From the NCBI GenBank assembly GCA_963205465.1, contig CAUJKG010000020.1, positions 1 to 46,498 of the forward strand: a DNA stretch of 46,498 bases, in the 5' to 3' direction. Each line of letters opens with the position of its first letter. Within the stretch, counting starts at the first letter, position 1. Below the pieces are notes generated by a model, which worked only from the letters and a program-made list of their open reading frames with translations, had not been told where the DNA came from and did no database searches. Positions 1 to 8,966 of the stretch are shown piece by piece. The translations under genes were made by a program, and so were the position numbers. Origin of the DNA: Pseudomonadota bacterium. GTDB taxonomy: Bacteria; Pseudomonadota; Alphaproteobacteria; Rhizobiales; Xanthobacteraceae.

Positions 1-697
1 CGACCGAGACGAAATTGAACATCGCGATCGTGACCGGCCGCACGGTATTACCGCTGAGCACCACCGCGAAAAGAAACTCGTTCCATGCATTCAGGAACAC
101 GAAGACAACCGTGACCGCGATGCCGCCGCGCACCTGCGGAATGATGATGCGCCAGAGCGTGCGGAGCCGGCTCGCGCCGTCGAGATAGGCTGCCTCTTCC
201 ATCTCATAAGGGATGTCTTCGAAATAGGACACCAGCAGCCAGATCGCGAAAGGCAGCGAGAACGACAGATAGATCAGGATGATGCCTTGATAGCTGTCGA
301 TCCAGCCGATGTTCCTGAGCACGATGTAATAAGGAATGATGATGCCGACCGGCGGCAGCATCTGGGTCGCGAGTACGTAGAAACCGGTGAACTTCTTGCC
401 GCGAAAGCGCAGCCGCGCGAGCGCGTAAGCGGCCGGAACCGCCATCACCATGGTCACTACCGTGGTGCCCACCGAGATGATCATGCTCGAGATCAGGTTC
501 GGGATGATCGATTCCGGCCCGAAAAAGACGTCGCGATAAGCACTCAACGTCGGCTCGAAAAAGAGCTTCGGCGGATAAGCCAGCGCATCCTTGTCGGTCT
601 TGAACGAGTTCAGCACGCTCCAGACGATCGGAAAGGCCCAGGCGAGCAGAAACACCAGCGTGATTGCGAACAGAATGGCAGTGCGGAGGTTCTTCAC
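1..697 (-). CDS. Carbohydrate (CUT1) ABC transporter permease, MalG/UgpE-like; its C-terminal end runs off the window
   Basis: Not on the ORF track because no stop lies inside the window. My minus-strand translation from GTG 697 reads VKNLRTAILFAITLVFLLAWAFPIVWSVLNSFKTDKDALAYPPKLFFEPTLSAYRDVFFG... It contains the EAA loop EEAAYLDGASRLRTLWRIIIPQ. The GTG overlaps the TGA of the upstream permease (GTGA at 694-697). Confidence 0.85.
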   Translation of the reverse strand, partial: MKNLRTAILFAITLVFLLAWAFPIVWSVLNSFKTDKDALAYPPKLFFEPTLSAYRDVFFGPESIIPNLISSMIISVGTTVVTMVMAVPAAYALARLRFRGKKFTGFYVLATQMLPPVGIIIPYYIVLRNIGWIDSYQGIILIYLSFSLPFAIWLLVSYFEDIPYEMEEAAYLDGASRLRTLWRIIIPQVRGGIAVTVVFVFLNAWNEFLFAVVLSGNTVRPVTIAMFNFVSV

Positions 698-1629
698 TTC
701 GACCTCCGGATCGCGAACAGGATCGCCGAAATGATGATCGTCACGATCAGGAGGGCGACCGCGAGTGCCGAGCCATAGCCGATCGAAAGCTCCGTGAACG
801 ACTTGCGATAGGCGTAGAGGTTGAGAATTTCGGTTGCCGTGCCGGGGCCGCCACCGGTGACGGTGAAGATCGCGGCAAAAGCGGTGAGCGCCACCATGGT
901 CCGCATGATGATGACCATGACGATCGCGGGTCGCAGCAAAGGCAGCGTGATCCGGCGAAAGCGCTGCCACGCCGAAGCGCGGTCGATACGCGCCGCCTCA
1001 TAGATATCGTCGGGCAGGGCCGCGAGCGAGGCGAGCAAAACCATGAACGCAAACGGCGTCCACTGCCAGGTGTGAATCACGACGACGGAAACCATCGCGA
1101 GCGTCGGGTCGCCGAGCCAGTTCTTGCTGCCGAGCCCCGCGTTGATCGCGAGATAGTCGACGATGCCGAATTCCGGCGCGAGCATGAAGGTGCGCCAGAT
1201 CATGCCGACCACCGCCGGCGAAAGCACGACCGGCAGGATCGCAATCAGGCGAAACCAGCCCTGCCCGCGCTTCATGTCCATAACGAACAGCGCGAGCGCA
1301 ATCCCGATCACGACCTGCAGAATGACGGTCGAGATCGTATAGACCATGCTGATGACGAGCGACTGCCAGAAGCGGCTGTCCTGCAACAGCACGGCGTAGT
1401 TCTCGAACCCGACAAAGCCGTTCGCGAACGGCATGGCGAGATCGATCCGGTAGGCGCTCGTGTAAACGAGAAAGAGCAGCGGAAATGTCGTCGTGACCAG
1501 CAGCGCGAGAAAGGCAGGCGCAAGCAGAAGCGTCGCAAAGCGACGCTCCCGCTGTGCCAGCACCCGGCCGAAGTCGCTGGTAGCGGCTCCGGCCGGCGTT
1601 GCGGCTACCGAATTTCCGGCAGACGGCAT
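694..1629 (-). CDS. Carbohydrate (CUT1) ABC transporter permease, MalF/UgpA-like
   Basis: 311 aa and multi-TM, with the EAA-type loop YEAARIDRASAWQRFRRITLPLLRP. The ATG at 1629 lies 3 nt after the binding-protein stop (1633-1635). Confidence 0.9.
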   Translation of the reverse strand: MPSAGNSVAATPAGAATSDFGRVLAQRERRFATLLLAPAFLALLVTTTFPLLFLVYTSAYRIDLAMPFANGFVGFENYAVLLQDSRFWQSLVISMVYTISTVILQVVIGIALALFVMDMKRGQGWFRLIAILPVVLSPAVVGMIWRTFMLAPEFGIVDYLAINAGLGSKNWLGDPTLAMVSVVVIHTWQWTPFAFMVLLASLAALPDDIYEAARIDRASAWQRFRRITLPLLRPAIVMVIIMRTMVALTAFAAIFTVTGGGPGTATEILNLYAYRKSFTELSIGYGSALAVALLIVTIIISAILFAIRRSK

Positions 1630-1632
1630 GCT

Positions 1633-3027
1633 TTAGCCGCGCATCATCGGTTCGATGCGCTTTTGCGCGTCGTCGAGTGCAGCCTTGACCGAGTTCTGAC
1701 CCGAAAGTGCAGACTGGATCGCGGTTGCCATGGTGTCGCCGATCGCGGGCCACTGGGGCACGCGCGGACGCCAATCGACGTCGGTGTCGTTCTGCAAGGC
1801 TTCCATCGCCACCTTGACGAAGTCGTCGCCGAAGCCGTTCAGGAGCTTCACGTACTCCGCGTCCTTCCAGACCGAGGCGCGGTTCGCGCCCGAGCGCTTG
1901 GTCGGCCCGGCGAACTTGTGCGCGGTACGCGCCTGTGTTTCGGCACTGGCCGCCCACTGGATGAAGAGCCAGGTCGCCTTCTTCTTCTTTTCGGACTGGG
2001 CGGCATTGATCGGAAAGCCCCAGTTCCAGATCGAACTGACGCGCTTGCCGGTCGGTCCCTTCGGCCAGCGCGCATAAGCGACCTTGCCGATCACCTTCGA
2101 CTTGTCCGGATTGTTGACGACCGAAGCCGACGAATGCGCGTCGAGATAGCTGCCGAGCGTGCCCTGCGAGAAGGCGTCGGCGATATCCGGCCAGTTCCAG
2201 TTCGAGGCCGCATTCGGTGCATATTTGCGCATCAGGTCGACGTAATACGCAAGCGCTGCTTCCGCCTCAGCACCGTTGACGACCAGCTTGCCGCCCTTGA
2301 ACCACTCGCCGCCGAATTCGCGGAACAGCGAGGGATAGATGTACATATTCTGGCCGGCGCCGGCGACGCCACGCAGTGCTGCACCCCATATGCGATCGTT
2401 CGGGGCGTGCACGGCCGCGGCATTCTTCATGTAGTCTTCGAGCGTATCGGCCGCTTTCAGGCCCTTCGCCTGATAGAGATCCTTGCGATAGACCTGAATG
2501 GTGACTTCGCCGTCATAAGGCATGCCGTAGAGCTTGCCGTCGACGCTGTTCGCGCCGCGCCATGCCGCGAAGATGTCGTCGGCATTGAACCAGCCTTTGT
2601 CGGTCAGCGACGCATCGTTGAGATAGGTATCGAGCTGGTCAACCCATTTGTTCGCCGCATAGAGCGAATAATACATCGGGTCCGCCGCGTGGGTCGCGTA
2701 AGTCCCGGTCTTCGAGGTCAGGTCGATCACGCTCTTCTGGCGGATCTGTGCCGGGGGAATCTTCTCAAAGCGCAGGTTGATGCCGGTCAGCGCCTTGAAC
2801 TGCGGCTCGAGCGAAATGAGGTTGTCGAAGTAGCTCGCGGGAATCACCGCTACCGTGATGGATTCGCCTTCGGCCTGCCGCCAATTGATCTTCGCGGACT
2901 GGTACGGTTTCAGATCGGCGTCCTGCGCCGATGCCTGGCGCAGCACGGCCGGACCGAATCCGATCAGCGCTGCCGCGGCCGTAGTCGTCTTCAGAAATGT
3001 CCTTCGCGTAGGCTTGTACGACTTCAT
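1633..3027 (-). CDS. ABC transporter extracellular solute-binding protein, family 1 (sugar/polyol type)
   Basis: 464 aa with an N-terminal export signal (KPTRRTFLKTTTAAAALIGFGPAVLRQASAQ). Composition is typical of CUT1 binding proteins. GGAGGACGGG lies upstream of the ATG, and this is the first gene of the SBP-permease-permease unit. Confidence 0.9.
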   Translation of the reverse strand: MKSYKPTRRTFLKTTTAAAALIGFGPAVLRQASAQDADLKPYQSAKINWRQAEGESITVAVIPASYFDNLISLEPQFKALTGINLRFEKIPPAQIRQKSVIDLTSKTGTYATHAADPMYYSLYAANKWVDQLDTYLNDASLTDKGWFNADDIFAAWRGANSVDGKLYGMPYDGEVTIQVYRKDLYQAKGLKAADTLEDYMKNAAAVHAPNDRIWGAALRGVAGAGQNMYIYPSLFREFGGEWFKGGKLVVNGAEAEAALAYYVDLMRKYAPNAASNWNWPDIADAFSQGTLGSYLDAHSSASVVNNPDKSKVIGKVAYARWPKGPTGKRVSSIWNWGFPINAAQSEKKKKATWLFIQWAASAETQARTAHKFAGPTKRSGANRASVWKDAEYVKLLNGFGDDFVKVAMEALQNDTDVDWRPRVPQWPAIGDTMATAIQSALSGQNSVKAALDDAQKRIEPMMRG

Positions 3028-3157
3028 TTCCCGTCCTCCCTGTTTCCGGCTTTGCCGCCGATTAAGTTAGGACGTTTCGGCAAATGTTATAACAAGTCAA
3101 GCCGGTCGCTTCGCACCTGCACAATACCGGGCAAAAAATGGAGCAACCCGATCACGA

Positions 3158-3952
3158 TCAGAACCAGTAGCGCCAAGCGTAGATCAGCGTCATTGCAACG
3201 CCCAATGCGATGACGATCATGCGGACGATTCCTGCGGGCAGGATTGCGATAAGCCGCCCGCCGAGAACTCCGCCGCCTACCGCTCCTGCCAGCATCACCA
3301 GTGTTTCCGGCCATCGGATCACACCCTGCAGGATGAAAATCGCAATGGTCGCAAGGCTTGTGGCAGACGCCAGCAAATTCTTGAGTGCATTTGTGGCGCG
3401 AACGTCTTCCCGGCCGGTGATGCTCAAAACCGCTAGCAGCATGACCCCGAGGCCCGCGCCGAAATAGCCGCCGTAAATAGTAACGGGCAGCATCAGCGCG
3501 GCGCGCGCACCAGCATTCCGGCCGGTCGGCGTGCGCATCAACATCGTTTGAATGCGGCGTCCAAACGCAAAAATAAATGTCGCCAGCGCGATGAGCGCCG
3601 GGACCAGAAGAACGAAAAGCCTCTCCGGTGTAACCAACAGCAAAATCGCACCAAGCGTGCCGCCAAGAACCGCAGCCGCGATCGTCAGGGCGAGCGGCCC
3701 GTCGCGCGCGGGTAGACGTTTCCGGTCGGCAAGAGCAGCAAAGAGATGTCCTGGCGTCACCGCTAGTGCGTTCGATGCGTTGGCAATGACCGGAGGCAAA
3801 CCGGCAGCAATCATCGCCGGAAAGGTGATCAGCGTGGCACCGCCCGCGATCGCATTGACGACACCGCCAGCAATGCCGGCGCCAAACAGAAGCGCGGCGA
3901 TCGCTAAATCCATTCTTCCCACCCTTTCAAGACCTGCGATGCCTACCGGCAT
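3158..3952 (-). CDS. TauE/SafE (DUF81) family anion (sulfite/sulfonate-type) exporter
   Basis: Polytopic Gly/Ala/Leu-rich membrane protein with internal repeat character (GGATLITFPAMIAAGLPP ... GGYFGAGLGVMLLAVL). The ATG at 3952 abuts the glpD stop TAG (3953-3955). An internal ATG at 3913, preceded by GGGTGGGAAG, may be the true start (251 aa). Confidence 0.8.
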   Translation of the reverse strand: MPVGIAGLERVGRMDLAIAALLFGAGIAGGVVNAIAGGATLITFPAMIAAGLPPVIANASNALAVTPGHLFAALADRKRLPARDGPLALTIAAAVLGGTLGAILLLVTPERLFVLLVPALIALATFIFAFGRRIQTMLMRTPTGRNAGARAALMLPVTIYGGYFGAGLGVMLLAVLSITGREDVRATNALKNLLASATSLATIAIFILQGVIRWPETLVMLAGAVGGGVLGGRLIAILPAGIVRMIVIALGVAMTLIYAWRYWF

Positions 3953-5461
3953 CTAGGCGCGATGGGCAAGCCTGCTTTCGATATGCGCGTCAAGCTCCTG
4001 CGAAACCGAGGGTTTCACGAGAAGACCGAGCTTGGTTCGCCGCCAGAGAATGTCTTCCGCGCTTCGCGCCCATTCTTCATCGATCAGGTAGTTCACTTCC
4101 GCTTCGGTCAGTCCGGCGCCGAAATCTTTTCCGAGGTCGGCCGCGTTTTGCGCGTTGCGCAGGAATCTTTCCGCGCGCGTTCCGTAGCACCGCGCATAGC
4201 GGCGCACCGTCTCGTCAGTCAGGAAAGGCCATTTCTTGCGCAGCGTGGCGACGAGCGTTGTCACCTCGGCAAAGTCGCCTCCCGGCAACGGCGCATTCGC
4301 CGTCCAAGGCTTACCGCGGCGGCCGATCTCTTGCTCGACGCGCTCCAGCACCGCCTCGGTCAGCCGCCGGTAAGTCGTGATCTTGCCGCCGAAAATATTG
4401 ATGAGCGGTGCGCCATCGACTTGCTGGTCCTGCAAGACATAATCGCGAGTCGCCTCCTGCGCGGCGGTGGCATGATCGTCGAACAGCGGGCGCACGCCGG
4501 AATAGGTCCACACCACATCCGCGCTCGTGATCTCGCGCTTGAAGTATTCGCTCGCGGCCGCGCAGAGATAGTCTATTTCCTCTTTCGATATTTCGATCGC
4601 GCCGAGATCGCCGTGATAGTCGCGGTCGGTCGTACCGATGAGCGTGAAGCGATCTTCATAAGGAATGGCGAAAATGATGCGCTGGTCGGCATTCTGGAAG
4701 ATGTAGCAGCGGTCGTGTTCGAACAGCTTCGGCACCACGATATGGCTGCCCTGCACCTGCCGCACGTTCTTCGGATGCTCGTGACCGGGCAGCACGCCGA
4801 TAACGTGATCGACCCAAGGCCCCGCCGCATTGATGAGCAGACGCGCCCTCGCCTCGCTCTCCGTACCGGTTTCCCGGTCCCGCAGAAGAACGACCCAAAG
4901 GCCCTTCTCCACGCGCGCGGAGACCACCTGCTTTCTGGTCTCGATGATCGCCCCGCGATCGGCCGCGTCCCGTGCGTTCATCACGACGAAGCGCGCGTCA
5001 TCGACCCAGCAATCCGAATACTCGAAGCCTTTGGTGAAGCCTGCCTTCAACGGCACGCCCGCGGCGTCGCGCGTCAGGTCGAGCGTCTTCGTCGGCGGCA
5101 ATTTCTTGCGGCCGCCAAGGTGATCGTAGAGAAACAGTCCAAGACGCAGCATCCACGCAGGCCGCAACCCCTTGGCGTAAGGCAGCACGAACCGAAGCGG
5201 ACGTACGAGATGCGGGGCATTGCGCCAGATCACCTCGCGCTCGGTCAGGGCCTCGCGTACCAGCCTGAACTCGTAGTGTTCGAGATAGCGCAAGCCGCCG
5301 TGAATGAGCTTGGTCGCTTTCGAAGACGTACCGCTGGCGAGATCGTTCATCTCGGCAAGGCGCACGCTGTAGCCACGGCCCGCGGCATCGCGCGCGATAC
5401 CGCAGCCGTTCACGCCACCGCCGATTACGAAAATATCGACAGGATTCGCCGTTTCATTCAT
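3953..5461 (-). CDS. glpD: FAD-dependent glycerol-3-phosphate dehydrogenase homologue (GlpD family)
   Basis: Carries the dinucleotide fold DIFVIGGGVNGCGIARDAAGRGYSV and GlpD-like length and C-terminal domain. I trimmed the track ORF (start 5539) to ATG 5461, which overlaps the stop of the upstream gene as ATGA (5458-5461). Confidence 0.85.
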   Translation of the reverse strand: MNETANPVDIFVIGGGVNGCGIARDAAGRGYSVRLAEMNDLASGTSSKATKLIHGGLRYLEHYEFRLVREALTEREVIWRNAPHLVRPLRFVLPYAKGLRPAWMLRLGLFLYDHLGGRKKLPPTKTLDLTRDAAGVPLKAGFTKGFEYSDCWVDDARFVVMNARDAADRGAIIETRKQVVSARVEKGLWVVLLRDRETGTESEARARLLINAAGPWVDHVIGVLPGHEHPKNVRQVQGSHIVVPKLFEHDRCYIFQNADQRIIFAIPYEDRFTLIGTTDRDYHGDLGAIEISKEEIDYLCAAASEYFKREITSADVVWTYSGVRPLFDDHATAAQEATRDYVLQDQQVDGAPLINIFGGKITTYRRLTEAVLERVEQEIGRRGKPWTANAPLPGGDFAEVTTLVATLRKKWPFLTDETVRRYARCYGTRAERFLRNAQNAADLGKDFGAGLTEAEVNYLIDEEWARSAEDILWRRTKLGLLVKPSVSQELDAHIESRLAHRA

Positions 5462-6609
5462 CGGAGCCATTTGCCGAGCGGCGCGAAATCCCGCAAGTCC
5501 GGAATTTCGCCAAGGCCCGGTGCGTCGGTAAGCGTACACATTCCGCTATCGAGCTTGCGGAGCGGACCGGCCAATTCGTCGCGCAAGGGATTGGGATTGG
5601 AATCGATTTCAAGCAATCCGTTTCCTCCGGCTGCCGCGAGCAGGTGAGCCGAGGCAAGCAACCCCACGCCGCCGCCGAGCCAGTGCGGACAAAAAGTAAG
5701 ACCGGCGTCCCTCACCCGATCGGCCACACCGAGACAGCGCGAAAAGCCACCCCATTTGCCGAGATCCGGCTGCACGTAAGCAAGCACGCGGGCGGCGATC
5801 GCTTCGTCAAAGGCTTTATCACTGGACAGGTTCTCGCCGGCAGCAAGCGGAATCTTCGTGGTTTCGGCAAGCGAAGCCCAGGCCTCCCACGGCTGATCGG
5901 CCCGGATCGGTTCTTCCAGCCAGCGCAGGCCGAAGCCTTCCAGCCGCGGCGCGCATTCTTTTGCCTGCGCCAGTGTCCATGCCTGATTGGCATCGGTCAT
6001 CAGGGTCGCGTCATCGCCGAGCACTGCACGCAGCGCTTTCAGGTTTTCCACGTCGCGCTCGATGCCGAAGCCGACCTTGAGCTTGAAATTGCGATGGCCT
6101 TCGCTTTGGCGCGTCAGCGCGAGCCGCTCGGGCCGGTCGGGATTGAGCCCGCTGGCATAGGTGCCAATTCTGGGAGACGTGCCGCCGAGCAACTTCCACA
6201 ACGGCTGCTTCCGCTTGCGCGCCGATAGATCCCACAACGCGATATCGATGCCGGCAATCGCCTGCGCGAGCGGACCATACTCTCCGGTCTGGATCGCGAG
6301 CACCGCCATCGCCTCGCTCATGTCATCGAAGGCGGCGGCAGGCGTTTCAAAACGCTTACCGACCAGCCGGGGGCTGAGCGCGCTTTCGACCAGCCTCGCG
6401 CGATGCTCGGCGCCCACGGAAGGAAAATTGCACCACACCTCGCCCCAGCCCACGGTGCCGTCTTCATCGGTGATCCGGACGAAGAGTGCCGGGCGATCCG
6501 GCATGATCCCGAATGAAGTCTGCACGGGCGTTGCCACCGGATAGCGGAAGACCAGCGTTTCCACGCTTTTCGGCGCGACCGGGGCGCATTCGATTGTTCT
6601 GGCGTTCAA
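5458..6609 (-). CDS. Enolase-superfamily enzyme, mandelate racemase subgroup (acid-sugar dehydratase/cycloisomerase-like)
   Basis: Has the KxK motif (FKLKVG), metal ligands in TDANQAW / LEEP / AAGEN, and a strand-7 His (FCPHWLGG). The start is uncertain: TTG 6609 overlaps the GntR stop, and GTG 6564 is an alternative. Confidence 0.85.
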   Translation of the reverse strand: MNARTIECAPVAPKSVETLVFRYPVATPVQTSFGIMPDRPALFVRITDEDGTVGWGEVWCNFPSVGAEHRARLVESALSPRLVGKRFETPAAAFDDMSEAMAVLAIQTGEYGPLAQAIAGIDIALWDLSARKRKQPLWKLLGGTSPRIGTYASGLNPDRPERLALTRQSEGHRNFKLKVGFGIERDVENLKALRAVLGDDATLMTDANQAWTLAQAKECAPRLEGFGLRWLEEPIRADQPWEAWASLAETTKIPLAAGENLSSDKAFDEAIAARVLAYVQPDLGKWGGFSRCLGVADRVRDAGLTFCPHWLGGGVGLLASAHLLAAAGGNGLLEIDSNPNPLRDELAGPLRKLDSGMCTLTDAPGLGEIPDLRDFAPLGKWLR

Positions 6610-7331
6610 GGTTTCAGATCCATTTCAAGACGTATGTAGTCGCCGCGGTAAGTAACCTCACCGAGATAGATAACCGTGCCGTCGGGGGCCGCGCAAACCC
6701 GGCGCACTTCTGCGACCGGCGTATTGACCTTCACGCCAAGATGGCTGGCAACATCCATATCGGCGGTGCCGATGGCAATGGTCTGGCTCGCGCGCGCAAT
6801 TTCGATACCGGGAATATCGAGCAGCACGGGAATGATGGTTTCCTTCCGAAAGCGCGCCGATGCTTTCTTGAAGATGCGCTGATCGACATAAATCGAAATC
6901 ACACAATAGCGCTCGCCCTCGCGCGAATGCACGCGCCGCATGAAATGATAGGACGGCGCGGCGTGACCATCCTCCGCAGTCAGACGCGGCATGGCCGACG
7001 ACTGCTCGATCAGCGTGAGCTGCGGCTTGTCGTTGCGATAGACGTCCGCGAGATCGCGTAGCGTCATGCCGAGACGCAGCGAAGGCGAGCGCTGCGGCAC
7101 GGAATTGACGTAAGTCCCCCGCCCGCGCTCCGGCGACACCAGCCCCTCGCGCGCGAGCAGATTGATCGCCTGCCGGACGGTTACACGGGCGACGTCAAAC
7201 TCGCGGGTGAGTTGTTCGATGGTGGGAAGCGCCTGCCCGGGCGTCCAGATGCCGCGCGAAATCCGCCCGCGGAACAGGTCCGCAAGCTGCGCGTAGCGGG
7301 GTACCGGACTATCGCCAAATGATCTGTGCAC
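6606..7331 (-). CDS. GntR-family transcriptional regulator, HutC/FarR subfamily (UTRA effector domain)
   Basis: N-terminal wHTH (PRYAQLADLFRGRISRGIWTPGQALPTIEQLTREFDVARVTVRQAINLLAREGLV) plus a roughly 160-aa UTRA-like C-terminal domain. GTG start at 7331. It is the first gene of the minus-strand operon. Confidence 0.9.
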   Translation of the reverse strand: MHRSFGDSPVPRYAQLADLFRGRISRGIWTPGQALPTIEQLTREFDVARVTVRQAINLLAREGLVSPERGRGTYVNSVPQRSPSLRLGMTLRDLADVYRNDKPQLTLIEQSSAMPRLTAEDGHAAPSYHFMRRVHSREGERYCVISIYVDQRIFKKASARFRKETIIPVLLDIPGIEIARASQTIAIGTADMDVASHLGVKVNTPVAEVRRVCAAPDGTVIYLGEVTYRGDYIRLEMDLKP

Positions 7332-7354
7332 GGCTGCTTGTGCTAAAAGTTCTA

Positions 7355-7366
7355 ACTATAGTACTA
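7355..7366. promoter_or_regulatory. Overlapping perfect 8-bp palindromes ACTATAGT (7355-7362) and TAGTACTA (7359-7366); candidate HutC/GntR operator
   Basis: They lie in the 59-bp AT-rich divergent region between the GntR gene (start 7331) and the ABC permease (start 7391). GntR-family operators are typically short GT...AC palindromes. Confidence 0.4.
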
Positions 7367-7390
7367 TTAAGCCGGGAGGCAGACAAGTCG

Positions 7391-8146
7391 ATGCTCAAGC
7401 GTGCTGCACTTATTATTGCGCCGTGGCTGGTCATTGTCGGAATCTGGTACGCGCTGGCCTATTCCGGACTGATCAACGAGGCGTTGATTCCAAAGCCGCA
7501 TGTCGTTGCCGCCCGCTTCTGGGAACTGCTGACGCAGGCGCGCCTTCCGCTCGATATCTGGATGTCGACACAGCGCGTGTTTCTCGGCGTCGCTGCCGGG
7601 ATCACACTTGCGGTTCCGGTCGGCTTCGTCCTCGGCTGGTACCGGCAGGTGCGCACTTTCATCGACCCCCTGATCAACTTCTTCCGCGCGCTACCGCCGA
7701 TTGCGCTCATTCCCCTCGTCGTCGTCTATTTCGGCATCGGCGAAATCGCGAAGGTCGTCATTCTGTTTTACGCCTCGTTCTTCGCCGGCGTGATCGTCAT
7801 GTATGAAGGCATCGCGCAGATCAGCCCGATCTATGTTCGCGTCGCCCGCACCTTAGGCGCCACCGACGGTGAAATCTTCCGCAAGGTCATTATCCCGCTG
7901 ACGGTCCCGCATATGCTCACCGCGTTGCGCGTGGCACTCGGCGTCGCCTGGGCGACCCTCGTCGCCTCCGAACTGATCGCGGCCCAGCAAGGCCTCGGCG
8001 CGTTGATCCAGAATGCGTCGTCATTCTTTCAGCTCGACATCATCTATGTCGGGATCATTTGCATCGGCTTCATCGCGCTGGCGATGGATCTGGCGATCCG
8101 TGCTTTCACGAAGCGGCTCGTCTCGTGGCAGGAGCGTATCGCGTGA
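7391..8146 (+). CDS. ABC transporter permease, NitT/TauT (nitrate/sulfonate/taurine) family
   Basis: Six predicted TM segments and the EAA-type loop RVARTLGATDGEIFRKVIIPLTVP. Trimmed to ATG 7391, which is preceded by GGGAGG (7374-7379). Confidence 0.9.
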   Translation: MLKRAALIIAPWLVIVGIWYALAYSGLINEALIPKPHVVAARFWELLTQARLPLDIWMSTQRVFLGVAAGITLAVPVGFVLGWYRQVRTFIDPLINFFRALPPIALIPLVVVYFGIGEIAKVVILFYASFFAGVIVMYEGIAQISPIYVRVARTLGATDGEIFRKVIIPLTVPHMLTALRVALGVAWATLVASELIAAQQGLGALIQNASSFFQLDIIYVGIICIGFIALAMDLAIRAFTKRLVSWQERIA

Positions 8147-8943
8147 AGCCCCCTGCTCGCATTTCCTTCGAGAACGTCGCGCTGGAATTTGCCGGCAAGA
8201 ATGGCCCCGTCCGCGTGGTCGACAACGTCTCCTACGAGATCGGCAACGGCGAGTTTGTTTCGATTATCGGCCCGTCCGGCTGCGGCAAGACCACGATGAT
8301 GAACATGGTCGCGGGCTTCCTGCAGCCCACGAGCGGCAGCGTCAAAGTCGACGGCAAGGTGGTCACCGGCCCCGGTCCCGACCGCGGCGTGATCTTTCAG
8401 GAGTACGGCGTATTCCCCTGGCTCACCGTGAAGGACAACATCGACTTCGGCCTCACGCTTTCCGCAAACCGGAAGCCGAAAGCCGAGCGCGAGGAAATCT
8501 GCAATCGCTATATGAAGCTGATGGGCCTCAGCGACTTCGCCGATGCTTTTCCGAAGATGCTGTCCGGCGGCATGCGGCAGCGGCTCGCCATTGCCCGCGC
8601 CTACGCGGTCAAACCGCAGTTTCTCTTGATGGACGAGCCGTTCGGCGCGCTCGATGCGCAGACCCGCGCGCATATGCAGGATTTGCTACTGCAGGCCCTG
8701 CAAACCGAGGGCAAGACCGTGATGCTGATCACGCATTCGGTCGAGGAAGCGGTTTATATGTCCTCGCGGATCGTGGTGATGACCGCGCGCCCCACACGGA
8801 TTCGCGAAATCATCGAAGTCCCATTTCCTTATCCGCGTGATGCATCGCTGCATGAGGATCCATTGTTCGGCCAGCTGCGCTCGCGCGTTCGCAGCCTGGT
8901 AATGCGGGAATACGCCGCCCAAGCGCGCCAATCGAGTGAATGA
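8143..8943 (+). CDS. ABC transporter ATP-binding protein, NitT/TauT family
   Basis: Walker A GPSGCGKTT, signature LSGGMRQR, Walker B LLMDEPFGALD. GTG 8143 overlaps the permease stop (GTGA). The track start at 8059 lies inside the permease gene. Confidence 0.9.
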   Translation: MKPPARISFENVALEFAGKNGPVRVVDNVSYEIGNGEFVSIIGPSGCGKTTMMNMVAGFLQPTSGSVKVDGKVVTGPGPDRGVIFQEYGVFPWLTVKDNIDFGLTLSANRKPKAEREEICNRYMKLMGLSDFADAFPKMLSGGMRQRLAIARAYAVKPQFLLMDEPFGALDAQTRAHMQDLLLQALQTEGKTVMLITHSVEEAVYMSSRIVVMTARPTRIREIIEVPFPYPRDASLHEDPLFGQLRSRVRSLVMREYAAQARQSSE

Positions 8944-8966
8944 AAACCAGAACCAGGGAGAAAGTG

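Noticed and set aside
664-3213. 849-aa plus-strand ORF, the longest on the track.
   Set aside because: It runs antisense to three well-supported ABC transporter genes. The sequence is Arg/Asp/His/Gly-rich and low in complexity, with no recognisable motifs. It is a typical GC-rich shadow ORF.
1-5461. Reading the CUT1 ABC genes plus glpD as a standard glycerol / glycerol-3-phosphate (ugp/glp) locus.
   Set aside because: This is not excluded but is unsupported. No glpK, ATPase or ugpC/ugpQ is present. A TauE exporter and a 130-bp gap separate glpD from the transporter. glpD is also translationally coupled to an enolase-superfamily gene under a HutC-type regulator rather than a GlpR-type one.
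3962-5647. 561-aa plus-strand ORF.
   Set aside because: It runs antisense to the GlpD homologue and the 3' end of the enolase-family gene, and has no motifs.
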